Origin: Acidimicrobiales bacterium
GTDB lineage: Bacteria; Actinomycetota; Acidimicrobiia; Acidimicrobiales; Poriferisodalaceae
Direction of reading: 5' to 3'
Assembly (NCBI GenBank): GCA_965116715.1
Contig: OZ220724.1
Location: 156,963 to 220,962 of the forward strand
Length of the DNA stretch: 64,000 nt
Under the pieces are notes generated by a model, which had not been told where the DNA came from, searched no databases, and was given only the letters and a program-made list of their open reading frames with translations. Both the position numbers and the translations under genes were made by a program. Positions within the stretch are counted from its first letter, which is position 1, and every line of letters starts with the position of its first letter. Shown in pieces: positions 1-9,041 of this stretch.

Positions 1-295
1 CATCTGCCTGAGCCGTTCGGGGTTCACCGCTCGCAGCATGGCCAGGTTCCGGCCGTCGATGCCGCTGTTGGGTCTCACACCCGAGCCTCGCACTGCGATG
101 CAGCTCTCGCTGTCCTGGGGGACGCGCCCGCTGGTCTTCGGCGAACGCCTGACCCCTGCGGAGTCGGCCCTCGAAGCGGTGCATGCTGCAACGCGGACCG
201 GCATGGTGCGCAGCGGCGACATGGTGGTGGTGGTGTCAGGCTCGAGCCCCGAGTCGCATGCCACCGACAACCTGCGCGCCATGCGAGTGCCCTGA
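1..295 (+). CDS. pyk: pyruvate kinase, C-terminal fragment (5' end lies outside the window)
   Basis: The frame is open from base 2. The translation ICLSRSGFTARSMARFRPSMPLLGLTPEPRTAMQLSLSWG...VVVVSG matches the conserved C-terminal regulatory domain of pyruvate kinases. Confidence 0.8.
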   Translation, partial: ICLSRSGFTARSMARFRPSMPLLGLTPEPRTAMQLSLSWGTRPLVFGERLTPAESALEAVHAATRTGMVRSGDMVVVVSGSSPESHATDNLRAMRVP

Positions 296-309
296 GAGGC
301 TGAGTCCCG

Positions 310-346
310 GGCCCGAGCGGCCCGTGAGCGAAGCGAACAAGAGCGG
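310..346 (+). repeat. 37-nt intergenic repeat, copy 1 (GGCCCGAGCGGCCCGTGAGCGAAGCGAACAAGAGCGG)
   Basis: Near-identical strings were read directly at 310, 367, 4351 and 63382, all in the same orientation. Confidence 0.85.
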
Positions 347-366
347 CAAGCACAGGGCGAAGCCGT

Positions 367-403
367 GGCCCGAGCGGCCCGTGAGCGAAGCGAGCTAGAG
401 CGG
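367..403 (+). repeat. 37-nt intergenic repeat, copy 2 (tandem with copy 1, 57-nt period)
   Basis: Same core as copy 1, with differences only in the last about 10 nt (GAGCTAGAGCGG). Confidence 0.85.
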
Positions 404-424
404 AGGATATGGCCGAGCCGTCTG

Positions 425-736
425 CTAGCCGGTGTCGATGTCGATATCGACGTCGATGCGGGACGGGTCGATGCGATCCGGCCCGCACAGCGGGTTGGAT
501 GGAACTTGCACCGTGCGGCCGAAGACGTCGCACGAGCAGGTCTCCTGGCAGTCCCGCAGTCCTGACCATTGCACGGCCAGCACCGCTGCGCCGCCGATCA
601 GCACCACGGAGATCAGCACTGCGAGCGCCAGCCGGCGGATCAGCCGGAGCGCGATGAAGGCGGCTAGAGCCAGAACGGCGATCCCGCCGACCAGGGCGAT
701 GCTCAGACGGTCGGCATCGAGCCATTCGGGCAGCAC
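425..736 (-). CDS. small membrane protein, unknown function
   Basis: GTG start and high third-position G+C. Two hydrophobic helices are followed by a Cys-containing tail ending in DVDIDIDTG. Confidence 0.55.
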   Translation of the reverse strand: MLPEWLDADRLSIALVGGIAVLALAAFIALRLIRRLALAVLISVVLIGGAAVLAVQWSGLRDCQETCSCDVFGRTVQVPSNPLCGPDRIDPSRIDVDIDIDTG

Positions 737-816
737 CCCATCAGAGAGTACGCAGCGTCCCGGCAGCTCACGGGGACCGCTCCCGGGCCGTTGCCAAGGC
801 GCTCAGTAGAGTCGAG

Positions 817-1314
817 GTGGCCCGTACGACGCTTCCCGAGGTTCCACCCATGGCGGCCACACCCATAGACCTGCGTCCGGGCGGCCTGCCCGAGACGGTG
901 CTGGATCCGGCTCCTCCCGCTGCCGTCGCAGCATGGGAAGCGGCGATGGCTCAGCCGGCGGCCGAACGGGGCCCCGCGCTCTCGGAGGTCGCAGCCCGCT
1001 GGCCGAGGCTGCTGGAGGCTTGGTCGGAACTGGGGCGCTGGGCGGCGAGCGAGGGCCGGCACATCGAGGCCTACGCCTATTGCCGGGTGGGTTATCACCG
1101 CGGCTTGGATGCACTGCGAGCCGCGGGCTGGCGCGGCAGCGGCTACGTCCGCTGGGCGGAGCCCACCAACAGCGGCTTCCTGTGGTCGCTGCTGGGCCTG
1201 GGGCTCTGTGCTGCTGCCATCGGCGAGCATGATGAGGCCGACCGGTGCGCCGGCTTCCTGATGCAGCTCGACCCCGGAGGCGAGCCGTCGACGGGTGAGT
1301 GGCCGCAGGCGTGA
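817..1314 (+). CDS. DUF3151-family protein (the start could instead be ATG 850)
   Basis: The motif YAYCRVGYHRGLDALRAAGWRGSGYVRW...NSGFL is typical of actinobacterial DUF3151 proteins. Confidence 0.7.
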   Translation: MARTTLPEVPPMAATPIDLRPGGLPETVLDPAPPAAVAAWEAAMAQPAAERGPALSEVAARWPRLLEAWSELGRWAASEGRHIEAYAYCRVGYHRGLDALRAAGWRGSGYVRWAEPTNSGFLWSLLGLGLCAAAIGEHDEADRCAGFLMQLDPGGEPSTGEWPQA

Positions 1315-1889
1315 AGCCCGCCGGTGTCGTGCTGTGCGGCGGCGCATCCACGCGTATGGGCAGCGACAAGGCGGGCCTGGAACTGGCGGGTCGGCCGCTG
1401 GCGCTGTGGGTAGCCGATGCGCTCTTGGCTGGGGGAGCAGACCCGGTCGTGGCACAGGGCGGCAGCCCGCCGCCGCCGCTCGTGGCCGAACCCGACAGCT
1501 CGCCACGAGCCGGCCCGCTCTCGGCCTTGATCGATGCGCTGGAGCGCCATGGCGATGTGCTCGTGTGCCCGACCGACGTGCCGACAGTTCCAGCCGAGCT
1601 GCTTGCCACGCTGGTTGAGCGCGCCCGCAGTACGGGTGCGCCGGTGGTGCTGGCTCGCAGCGATCGTACGGAGCCGCTCATCGGGCACTACGCCCGCGCA
1701 TCGCTCTCGATGCTGAGGGCAGGCCAGCGGGCCGGTGCGCGCGGGCCGAAGGAGGCCTTCGACATCGAGCGCGTCCCAGCCGTGCCGGTGGCGCCGTCCG
1801 ATGTGCTGAACGTGAACACGCCCGCCGATCTGGCAGCAGCCGAGGCGATCTTGATGGCTCGTGAAGCGGCCCAGCCGGGACTGGGCTGA
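1311..1889 (+). CDS. mobA: molybdenum cofactor guanylyltransferase
   Basis: N-terminal GVVLCGGASTRMGSDKAGL nucleotidyltransferase motif. GTG 1311 overlaps the upstream stop (GTGA). The ORF track gives an alternative GTG at 1299. Confidence 0.8.
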   Translation: MKPAGVVLCGGASTRMGSDKAGLELAGRPLALWVADALLAGGADPVVAQGGSPPPPLVAEPDSSPRAGPLSALIDALERHGDVLVCPTDVPTVPAELLATLVERARSTGAPVVLARSDRTEPLIGHYARASLSMLRAGQRAGARGPKEAFDIERVPAVPVAPSDVLNVNTPADLAAAEAILMAREAAQPGLG

Positions 1890-1894
1890 CCCGC

Positions 1895-3124
1895 ATGGCA
1901 CCGCGCAACGAACGGCGCCGCCGCGACCCGTCTCGCCAGGATGCATCCCGGCACCAATGGGTCGACACCCAGACGGACCTCGAGGCGCTGGTCGCGGATC
2001 TGCTGGCCGCTGACTGCGTCGCGGTGGACACCGAGTTCCACCGTGAGCGCAGCTACCGCCCGCAGTTGGCCCTGGTGCAGGTTTCGTTCGACGAACGGAT
2101 CGCCCTCGTCGATCCCACCACCACCGACGTGTCCGTCTTGGGTGCGGTGCTGGCGGCAGATGTCCTGGTGGTCATGCACGCCTGTGCGCAGGACATCGAG
2201 GTGCTGTCCCAGGAGTGCGACGCCATCCCGTCGAGGCTCTTCGACACACAGGTGGCCGCCGGTTTTCTGGGCATGAGCACACCGTCGCTGTCGGCGCTGA
2301 CCGACCGCTTGCTCGGCGTGCGGCTGGCCAAGGGCAACCGCCTGACCGACTGGTTCGAGCGGCCGCTGCGACCGGCCCAGCAGCGCTACGCGGCCGATGA
2401 CGTGGCGTACTTGATCCCCCTGCTCGACGAGCTGCGCTCCCGCCTGACGGCGCGGGATCGCTGGCAGTGGGCGCTCGACGAGTGCGAGCAGTGGCGTCGA
2501 CCCCCCGGCCCGCCGCCGGATCCCGCTCAAGCGTGGACCCGCATCAAGGGAGCACGCCAGCTGCGTGGATCTCAGCGAGCGGTCGCGTACCGGTTGGCCG
2601 CCTGGCGGGAGCGAACTGCGAGCGAGCGGGACATCCCCGTGCGCTTCGTGCTGTCAGACATGGCGCTGCTGTCGATTGCGCAGCGCCGGCCCCGCAGCGC
2701 CAGCGAGCTCGGGGGCTTGCGCGGCGTGGACGGCAGCCAGTTCCGCGGGGCGGCCGGTGAGCGGATCATCGCCGAGGTGACGCGCGGCCTCGACATGAAA
2801 CCGAGCGACATACCCGCCGGCGCGCTGCCGGTCGGGCCCAACGTGGACGCGGCGCTGCAGCCGGCAGTTCCCCTGGTCGGTGCCTGGGTGGACGAGGTGG
2901 CGCGTTCTGAGGGCATCGATCGCAGCTTGCTGGCGACGCGCTCCGACATAGCTGCGCTGCTCGCGGGCGAACCGACGTCGCGGCTGAGCTCCGGCTGGAG
3001 GGCCGAAGTAGTGGGCGATGGGATCAGGTCGCTGCTCGCGGGGGAAGCTGCTCTCGCCTTTGATCCGTCGGATGGCCTGCAGCTCGAGTCGCGTCCCAGC
3101 GGGTCGCCTGAGCAGCACCGATGA
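1895..3124 (+). CDS. rnd: ribonuclease D (DEDD 3'-5' exonuclease plus HRDC)
   Basis: The motifs AVDTEFHRERSYRPQLALVQV and YAADDVAYL are the Exo I and Exo III motifs of RNase D. The length fits at 409 aa. Confidence 0.85.
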   Translation: MAPRNERRRRDPSRQDASRHQWVDTQTDLEALVADLLAADCVAVDTEFHRERSYRPQLALVQVSFDERIALVDPTTTDVSVLGAVLAADVLVVMHACAQDIEVLSQECDAIPSRLFDTQVAAGFLGMSTPSLSALTDRLLGVRLAKGNRLTDWFERPLRPAQQRYAADDVAYLIPLLDELRSRLTARDRWQWALDECEQWRRPPGPPPDPAQAWTRIKGARQLRGSQRAVAYRLAAWRERTASERDIPVRFVLSDMALLSIAQRRPRSASELGGLRGVDGSQFRGAAGERIIAEVTRGLDMKPSDIPAGALPVGPNVDAALQPAVPLVGAWVDEVARSEGIDRSLLATRSDIAALLAGEPTSRLSSGWRAEVVGDGIRSLLAGEAALAFDPSDGLQLESRPSGSPEQHR

Positions 3125-3272
3125 CACGCAGCCCAATGACACGCAGCATCGGGCCTCAAACGGTAGGGTGGCAGGGCACTTCGTAGAACGCAGGGTCCCT
3201 ATCCGGCGCGGGTATGGGCGTATCTGGATGCAGGCAAGCGAAGCCTCGCAGTCGAGCACGAGGAGCCAGACG

Positions 3273-3548
3273 GTGAAGAAGGGTCGACATCGCCGCTATG
3301 AAGAGGCGCGCAAGTTCCAGCGGGCCACGGCGGAGCGTTTCACCATCGAGGACTACGACTTCGACAACTCGGATCGTTTCGGGGTGGAATTCGATGACGA
3401 GGAGTCGGCGCCCGACGACCAGTACGGCCACCTTGCCGACAAGTACGACGACTACTCGGATCTCGAGGCGAAGTACGCCGACTTCGATTCCGACGCCGAC
3501 GCTGAGTCTGAGGCCAACACAGGGGCTGCGCAGCGCGAGAGCGCCTGA
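3273..3548 (+). CDS. small basic-head, acidic-tail protein (DUF3073-like); an alternative ATG start lies at 3228
   Basis: AGGAG lies 8 nt upstream of GTG 3273. The KKGRHRRYEEARK head and D/E/Y-rich tail resemble actinobacterial DUF3073 proteins. The family assignment is tentative. Confidence 0.5.
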   Translation: MKKGRHRRYEEARKFQRATAERFTIEDYDFDNSDRFGVEFDDEESAPDDQYGHLADKYDDYSDLEAKYADFDSDADAESEANTGAAQRESA

Positions 3549-3564
3549 CTAGCTGCTCAGGCGC
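3541..3564. terminator. 8-bp hairpin spanning the stop codons of two convergent genes
   Basis: GCGCCTGA-ctagctgc-TCAGGCGC. It contains TGA 3546-3548 (plus gene) and the minus-strand TAG stop (cta on the plus strand, 3549-3551). There is no U-tract. Confidence 0.35.
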
Positions 3565-4313
3565 CGGACTGCTGGGTGGGGGAGCAGCTGGGCGGAGGCG
3601 ACGCGCTCGTCGAGTCCGGCGCGTAGCTGGCCGTAGATCTCGTCGCCGCAGATGGCAGTCAGCTCGTTGCACAGGGCGAGATAGACGGGCAGATCCCCGA
3701 CATGCGCCTCGTGCTCAGAGGTGCACCACCACGACACGTCGGTGTCGGGGCCGCCCCAGTCATGGAGTTCCCACTCCCGCACCATCGTGTAGACGTGGCC
3801 GGTGACGGTTTCGTGGTCCTCGCGGCGCAGCGGTGCCTGCCAGCAGATTTCCGGCTTCGTGTCCATGGGACGTCGCCCGGTTCGCTGCGCCAGCAGGTGG
3901 AACGCGCAGCCCGCGCCGGCGGGATGCGATGCCCGGTTCGCGAACACGCACGCTCCGTCGACGACCCGGGTACGCCACCAGCCGTCGCTGTCTTGGAACA
4001 GTGCCTCGTCGGGATCGCAGTGGTGCTGCCAGAGTTCGGTGTCCAACTCGGTCATCATCTCCCGGACGTGGGTGAGGTCGTCGTCGCCGTTGAGATAGGC
4101 CCCGTGGCTGCAGCAGCCCAGCGCCAGCTCAGGGGCCGGCAGCTCATCAATCCCCGGGCAGCCGGCGCCGTAGATGCACGTCCAGGCACTGGCGAGGAAG
4201 GTCACATCGAACAGCCAGGTGCGGTGCTCGTACGGATCCTCCAGCGAGAGCCATTCCCGGGTGTCGTGGCCCAGACTCCAGCCATCGGGACCCGCACCGA
4301 TATCAGAAGCCAT
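3549..4313 (-). CDS. conserved Cys-rich hypothetical protein (254 aa)
   Basis: Only the part from MASDIGAGPDGW is called. The upstream part of the 560-aa track ORF runs antisense through glcD. The sequence has many Cys, Trp and His residues (CIYGAGCPG, LGCCSHGAY, GAGCAFH). Confidence 0.65.
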   Translation of the reverse strand: MASDIGAGPDGWSLGHDTREWLSLEDPYEHRTWLFDVTFLASAWTCIYGAGCPGIDELPAPELALGCCSHGAYLNGDDDLTHVREMMTELDTELWQHHCDPDEALFQDSDGWWRTRVVDGACVFANRASHPAGAGCAFHLLAQRTGRRPMDTKPEICWQAPLRREDHETVTGHVYTMVREWELHDWGGPDTDVSWWCTSEHEAHVGDLPVYLALCNELTAICGDEIYGQLRAGLDERVASAQLLPHPAVRRLSS

Positions 4314-4350
4314 CCGCGTTGAGCCTACGAGGCCGAGCTTGCGAGGCCGG

Positions 4351-4387
4351 GGCCCGAGCGGCCCGTGAGCGCAGCGAACAAGAGCGG
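4351..4387 (+). repeat. 37-nt intergenic repeat, copy 3
   Basis: GGCCCGAGCGGCCCGTGAGCGCAGCGAACAAGAGCGG has one mismatch to the core. It lies in the divergent region between 3549..4313(-) and glcD. Confidence 0.85.
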
Positions 4388-4407
4388 GCAACATCGCCCG
4401 AGCTGAA

Positions 4408-5895
4408 TTGCCAAGTCGATCTGTGACACCTGTCGGGTACGGTCGGGGGGTGACTTCGGGGGACGACGCGGCGGATGCGGCCCTGCTTGCCGATCTGCAC
4501 GGCGTGATCGGCGACCGGGCGCGTGACAACGATTTCGAGCGGGGTCTGTACAGCCGGGACGGTTCGATCGAGGGCAGCCCGCCCGCAATCGTGTGCTTGC
4601 CCGAGACCGCCGTCGAGGTCGCCGAGATCGTGCATGTCTGCCGGCGCCGCGGCCGGCCATTCTTGGCCCGTGGCTCGGGAACCGGTCTGGCCGGGGGAGC
4701 CGTGCCCGTCGGCAGGCCGGTGGTGGTCGCGACGGCGAAGATGGACCGCATCGTCGAGGTCGACACCCCCAACCGTGTCGCGTGGGTCGAACCTGGAGTG
4801 CTGAACCTGGACTTGTCCAGGACGTTGGCGCCGCTGGGCTTCCATTTCGCTCCCGACCCCTCGAGCCAGCAGGTGTGCTCGATCGGCGGGAACATCGCCA
4901 ACAACTCGGGTGGGCCGCATTGCTTGGCGTACGGCGTGACGACGGCGCACATCGCAGCCCTTGAGGTGGTGCTGCCGTCGGGCGAGACCACGGTGCTCGG
5001 CGGCGTGGACGCGGAACCGGCCGGACTCGACCTGCGAGGGCTCTTCGTGGGTTCTGAGGGCACGATGGGCATCGCCACGAAGGCAGCGGTGAGACTCACG
5101 CCGAATGCGCCGTCGGTGCGCACGTTGCTGCTCGACTTCGACGATGTCCGCGAAGGCTCGGCAGCGGTCAGCGCGATCATCGCCGCCGGCCTCGTTCCCT
5201 CCGCGCTGGAGATGATGGACCAGCGTGCCATCGAGATCGTGGAGGCCTTCGCCCACGCCGGTTACCCGACCGAGGCCGCCGCAGTACTGCTGGTGGAGCT
5301 CGACGGCCTGCCGGGCGGTGTCGAAGCGGGGGTGGAGATCATCCGTGAAGTGGCGCAGCGGCATCACGCCGGCAGCGTGCGCGTGGCGGCGGACGACACC
5401 GAGCGAGCGTTGCTGTGGAAGGGCCGCAAGAACGCATTCGGCGCCGTCGCACGGATCAAGCCCGACTACTACCTGCACGACACGGTGGTGCCCCGCTCGC
5501 GGCTGACCGAGGTGCTCGAGCAGGTGTACCGGATCGCCGATGCGTATGACCTCATCGCGGTGAACGTCTTTCACGCCGGCGACGGGAACCTCCACCCGAT
5601 CCTGGCCTTCGATCGGCGCCAGCCCGGTGTCGATGAGCGCGTGAAAGCGGCTGGCAGAGACATCGTTGCGGCGTCCATCGCCGCAGGAGGGGTGCTCAGC
5701 GGCGAGCACGGGATCGGCCTGGAGAAGCGCGACTACATGGGGATGCTGTTCAGCGCCCACGACATGTACACCCAAGACCTCGTACGGGAAACGTTCGATC
5801 CGGATGGGTTCTCCAATCCGCTGAAGGTGATCCCGACGGGTTCGCGTTGCAGTGATTCGTTCCACCAGCACGTGCCCGAAGGTGCCTGGGTGTGA
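4408..5895 (+). CDS. glcD: FAD-linked glycolate oxidase subunit GlcD (start uncertain: TTG 4408, GTG 4423 or GTG 4450)
   Basis: An FAD-binding PCMH-type domain (RGSGTGLAGGAVP) and the C-terminal SGEHGIGLEK motif are present. It is followed by glcE and glcF. Confidence 0.85.
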   Translation: MPSRSVTPVGYGRGVTSGDDAADAALLADLHGVIGDRARDNDFERGLYSRDGSIEGSPPAIVCLPETAVEVAEIVHVCRRRGRPFLARGSGTGLAGGAVPVGRPVVVATAKMDRIVEVDTPNRVAWVEPGVLNLDLSRTLAPLGFHFAPDPSSQQVCSIGGNIANNSGGPHCLAYGVTTAHIAALEVVLPSGETTVLGGVDAEPAGLDLRGLFVGSEGTMGIATKAAVRLTPNAPSVRTLLLDFDDVREGSAAVSAIIAAGLVPSALEMMDQRAIEIVEAFAHAGYPTEAAAVLLVELDGLPGGVEAGVEIIREVAQRHHAGSVRVAADDTERALLWKGRKNAFGAVARIKPDYYLHDTVVPRSRLTEVLEQVYRIADAYDLIAVNVFHAGDGNLHPILAFDRRQPGVDERVKAAGRDIVAASIAAGGVLSGEHGIGLEKRDYMGMLFSAHDMYTQDLVRETFDPDGFSNPLKVIPTGSRCSDSFHQHVPEGAWV

Positions 5896-6884
5896 GTTCG
5901 CAGCCGAGCAGCGCTGGCGCGACGCCGGCAGCGGGAGCGAGCACCGGACCGATCGAAGCGGGGCCCAGCCTGGCGGCGAACATTGCTGCGGAGGTGACGG
6001 CGTTTGCACGCGAGGTCGGCGGCGACGATCCGGTCACGGTGGTGGGCGCCCGAACGCACTGGGATGTCGGCGGCGCAGCGCTTGCGGGGACGCGCGAGGT
6101 CCGCGCGCCTGCGGGGGTGTGGGAACACGAGCCGTCGGAGATGACGGTTCGCTGCGGTGCCGGCACGACGGTGGCCGAGCTGGCGGCACATCTCGCTCGT
6201 ACCGGCCAGATGGTGCCGCTCGACCCTGCCGATGGTGCGGCGACCGTGGGCGGGGTGCTGGCGTGCGGCTTCAGCGGGCACCGGCGGCTTCGCTACGGGC
6301 ACGTGCGCGATCTCGTGCTGCAGACGCGCCACGTCGACGCCGCAGGCAAGGTCGTTACTGCGGGCGGACCGACGGTCAAGAACGTCTCGGGCTACGACCT
6401 GCCCCGGCTGCTGGTGGGCTCGCTGGGAACGCTCGGCCTGCTGGCCGAGGTGATACTTCGGGCCTTGCCGGTACCGCCCGCAGCGCAATGGCTGGCCGGT
6501 GACGGAGACCCGTTCGCAGCGTTCGACGTGCTGTACCGACCCAGCAGCATCCTGTGGAACGGCTCACATGCCTGGATCCTGCTGGAGGGCGATCCCAGCG
6601 ATGTCGCTGCCGAAGCCGACCGGGTTGCGCCGTTGGGCTTCAGCCCTGCAGAAGGCGGGCCGCGCATACCTGCGGCGGGACGGGAATCGATGCGGCCGGC
6701 AGACTTGCCCGGACTCGCTGGCACCGGAGGCGAGTGGCTGGCAGAAGTCGGCGTCGGCCTGGTGCATCGAGCCGAACCGGTCGCTGCAGGAGCGGTCGCG
6801 CCGGCCAACGCAGCGTTGATGGCTGCACTGAAGCAGAGGCTGGATCCCGTTGGTCGCCTGAATCCCGGCAGGAGTGCCTGGTGA
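5892..6884 (+). CDS. glcE: glycolate oxidase FAD-binding subunit GlcE
   Basis: The GTG start overlaps the glcD stop (GTGA). It has an FAD_binding_4-like sequence and the expected position in glcDEF. Confidence 0.8.
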   Translation: MSSQPSSAGATPAAGASTGPIEAGPSLAANIAAEVTAFAREVGGDDPVTVVGARTHWDVGGAALAGTREVRAPAGVWEHEPSEMTVRCGAGTTVAELAAHLARTGQMVPLDPADGAATVGGVLACGFSGHRRLRYGHVRDLVLQTRHVDAAGKVVTAGGPTVKNVSGYDLPRLLVGSLGTLGLLAEVILRALPVPPAAQWLAGDGDPFAAFDVLYRPSSILWNGSHAWILLEGDPSDVAAEADRVAPLGFSPAEGGPRIPAAGRESMRPADLPGLAGTGGEWLAEVGVGLVHRAEPVAAGAVAPANAALMAALKQRLDPVGRLNPGRSAW

Positions 6885-8158
6885 GTTCTTCTGACACCTT
6901 CCCGCTGCAGATCGATATCGACAGCGACACGCTCGCGTCCTGCGTCGCCTGCGGCATGTGCCTGCCTCACTGCCCGACCTACCGGGTGACCGGCGAGGAG
7001 TCGGCATCGCCGCGCGGGCGCATCGCGTTGATGCGTGACGTCGTCGAGCGGGGCGAGGCCGATGCCGCGTTCGTGGAGTTCATGGACGCGTGCATCCAGT
7101 GCCGCGGCTGCGAGACGGCCTGTCCGGCGGGCGTGCAGTACGGGCAGATGATGGAAACCACCCGCGAGGCGTTGGCTGCCCAGTCCGACTACCAGCCGCG
7201 GTTGCGCCGGGTCGCGTACCGGATGCTGGGCATGCCCCGACTGCTCGGATTCGGATCCCGCTTGCTAGGAATTGCTCAACGACTCGGCGTGATGCGCTTG
7301 TTGAGTCTCTTGGGTCGTGCCCGTCCCTTCCGCCAGATTGGTGCCATGACCGCTTCGCTGCCGCGGGTGCCCGTGCGCCAAGCACCGCTGGCCGCCAGCG
7401 GCGACGATGTCTGGCTGTTCACCGGTTGTGTCATGGACGCCTGGATGCGCGACACGCACCGGGCCGTTCAGGCGGTGATCGAGGCCACTGGCGCCGGCGT
7501 CGCGCTGCCTCCGGCGCAAGCGTCCTGCTGCGGCTCGCTGCACACGCACGCGGGGTTGGGCGACGAGTCTCGCCGCCTGGCAGCTCGGACCATGGCGGCA
7601 CTGCCGGGCGACGCCCCGATCCTGGTCGACTCGGCCGGCTGCGGTGCGGCCATGAAGGAATACGGCCACCTGCTCGGAACCGACGAGGCCCGCCAGTTCG
7701 CTGCGCGCGTCCAGGACGTGCACGAGTGGCTGGCGAAGCGCATCGACGATCTGCCCGCCGTTGCGGGTGCTGCGCCTGGGCACGGCGCTGGTGATGCAGC
7801 CACGAACGGCGACGGTGCGTCACATCGAGAGCGCATTGCGGTGCAGGACCCGTGCCATCTGCGTCACGTCCAGCAGGCGCACCTGCCGGTCCGCACGGTG
7901 CTCGGCCGCTACTTCGACCTCGTCGAGCTGGATGACGACGGGCTGTGCTGCGGAGCGGGCGGGGCGTACTCCCAGCAGCACCCGGACATTGCCGGCGCCG
8001 TGCGAGACCGCAAAGTGGCTGCAATCGAGCGCACCGGAGCCAGCCTGGTCGCCAGCGCCAACCCCGGATGCACACTGCACCTGCGAGCGGTGGGCCTCGA
8101 CGTCCGCCACCCGCTGGAGATCGTGGCCGAGCGCCTGAACGGGGGCGCGCAGGCATGA
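6881..8158 (+). CDS. glcF: glycolate oxidase iron-sulfur subunit GlcF
   Basis: GTG 6881 overlaps the glcE stop. Two ferredoxin-type motifs are present (CVACGMCLPHCP, CIQCRGCETACP), plus C-terminal CCG-type repeats (GLCCGAGG). Confidence 0.85.
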   Translation: MSSSDTFPLQIDIDSDTLASCVACGMCLPHCPTYRVTGEESASPRGRIALMRDVVERGEADAAFVEFMDACIQCRGCETACPAGVQYGQMMETTREALAAQSDYQPRLRRVAYRMLGMPRLLGFGSRLLGIAQRLGVMRLLSLLGRARPFRQIGAMTASLPRVPVRQAPLAASGDDVWLFTGCVMDAWMRDTHRAVQAVIEATGAGVALPPAQASCCGSLHTHAGLGDESRRLAARTMAALPGDAPILVDSAGCGAAMKEYGHLLGTDEARQFAARVQDVHEWLAKRIDDLPAVAGAAPGHGAGDAATNGDGASHRERIAVQDPCHLRHVQQAHLPVRTVLGRYFDLVELDDDGLCCGAGGAYSQQHPDIAGAVRDRKVAAIERTGASLVASANPGCTLHLRAVGLDVRHPLEIVAERLNGGAQA

Positions 8159-8379
8159 ACGACGAGATCGCCGAGCTGGCGGATCGACTCGACGACACCG
8201 CCGAACGGCTGGCCGAGCTCAGCATCGAGCTGCTGCAGGGCGCCCTCGCGGACGCCGACACCAGCGACGAGCGTGCCCGGCTCGAGCGCAGGATCACCCG
8301 GGCCCGGCGTGCCACCCACAAGGCAGCCTCGATCCTGCGGGAGTCGATGGGGGCCTCCGAGTCCTTCGAGGACGAGTGA
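8155..8379 (+). CDS. 74-aa helical hypothetical protein, translationally coupled to glcF
   Basis: The ATG overlaps the glcF TGA (ATGA). The charged helical sequence is MNDEIAELADRLDDTAERLAELS.... No family was recognised. Confidence 0.4.
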   Translation: MNDEIAELADRLDDTAERLAELSIELLQGALADADTSDERARLERRITRARRATHKAASILRESMGASESFEDE

Positions 8380-8399
8380 CCACGGCAGGACCACGCTGC

Positions 8400-9011
8400 T
8401 CAGTAGCCGGCTGAGATCCGGTACAGCTCGCCGATGAGGTCGTCGTACTGCCCGATGGCCAGGGCCACGGCGTAGGCCGTGCCGACGGCAGCGCCGGCAA
8501 TGGCGAACGGCAGCCGGTCCAGCACCCTGCCCACGGCGGGCACCGCAGACGGAGCCACTGCGAGCAGCAGCAGCGGCAGCAGGACGCCGACCATGTAGAC
8601 GGCCATGAGCCCGAGCGTCCGCGGTCCCGCGGTCGAGGCGTCGTTCAGGATGTCGCCGAGACGCTCGCCCACGCAGGGTCGCCACAGCCAGCCCGCCAAT
8701 GCGCCGCCCGCGATGCCCGCGCCGGTGGCGAGTGGTGACGCATGGCCCGGGGCGCGCCACGCCGCCACGTAGGTGGCGCCTGCGACGATGCCGGCGATCA
8801 CCACGGCTGCACCTCGTGCCGAGACCCACCAGTGACCGGCCGCCTGCGCCCAAGCCAGCAACGTCGCGCCTGCGGTGTAGTACAGCGCCACGGTGAGCCG
8901 TGCTCTGCGGGCCACGAGCACGAGCGCCAGCCCCGGCACGAGGACAGTGAGCGTGCACGCCCACGTGATCACCCCGATGCCCTCGGTGAGGGTGTCGATG
9001 AGGGTGCTCAC
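8400..9011 (-). CDS. CcdA/DsbD-like thiol-disulfide transporter membrane protein
   Basis: It has about six hydrophobic helices with Cys in TM1 (WACTLTVLVPG) and mid-protein (WRPCVGERLG), as in CcdA. It is adjacent to a TlpA-like redoxin. Confidence 0.65.
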   Translation of the reverse strand: MSTLIDTLTEGIGVITWACTLTVLVPGLALVLVARRARLTVALYYTAGATLLAWAQAAGHWWVSARGAAVVIAGIVAGATYVAAWRAPGHASPLATGAGIAGGALAGWLWRPCVGERLGDILNDASTAGPRTLGLMAVYMVGVLLPLLLLAVAPSAVPAVGRVLDRLPFAIAGAAVGTAYAVALAIGQYDDLIGELYRISAGY

Positions 9012-9041
9012 GGCGGCAGCGCTGTCGTTCCGGCGGGGCGG

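Noticed and set aside
430-475. GTCGAT/ATCGAC microrepeats that resemble a tandem repeat.
   Set aside because: They lie inside the 425..736 CDS and simply encode its DVDIDID tail. They are not an independent repeat element.
703-1946. Several 260-290-aa minus-strand ORFs (703..1506, 803..1681, 1143..1946).
   Set aside because: They are Arg/Pro/Ala-rich translations antisense to the DUF3151 and mobA genes. This is typical of shadow ORFs in high-GC DNA, and the plus-strand genes have recognisable motifs.
4303-6009. A 568-aa minus-strand ORF, and the N-terminal 306 codons of the 3549..5231 ORF.
   Set aside because: Both are antisense to glcD, which has clear FAD-oxidase motifs. Their low-complexity Arg/His/Gly-rich translations are not protein-like. 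Only 3549..4313 is retained.
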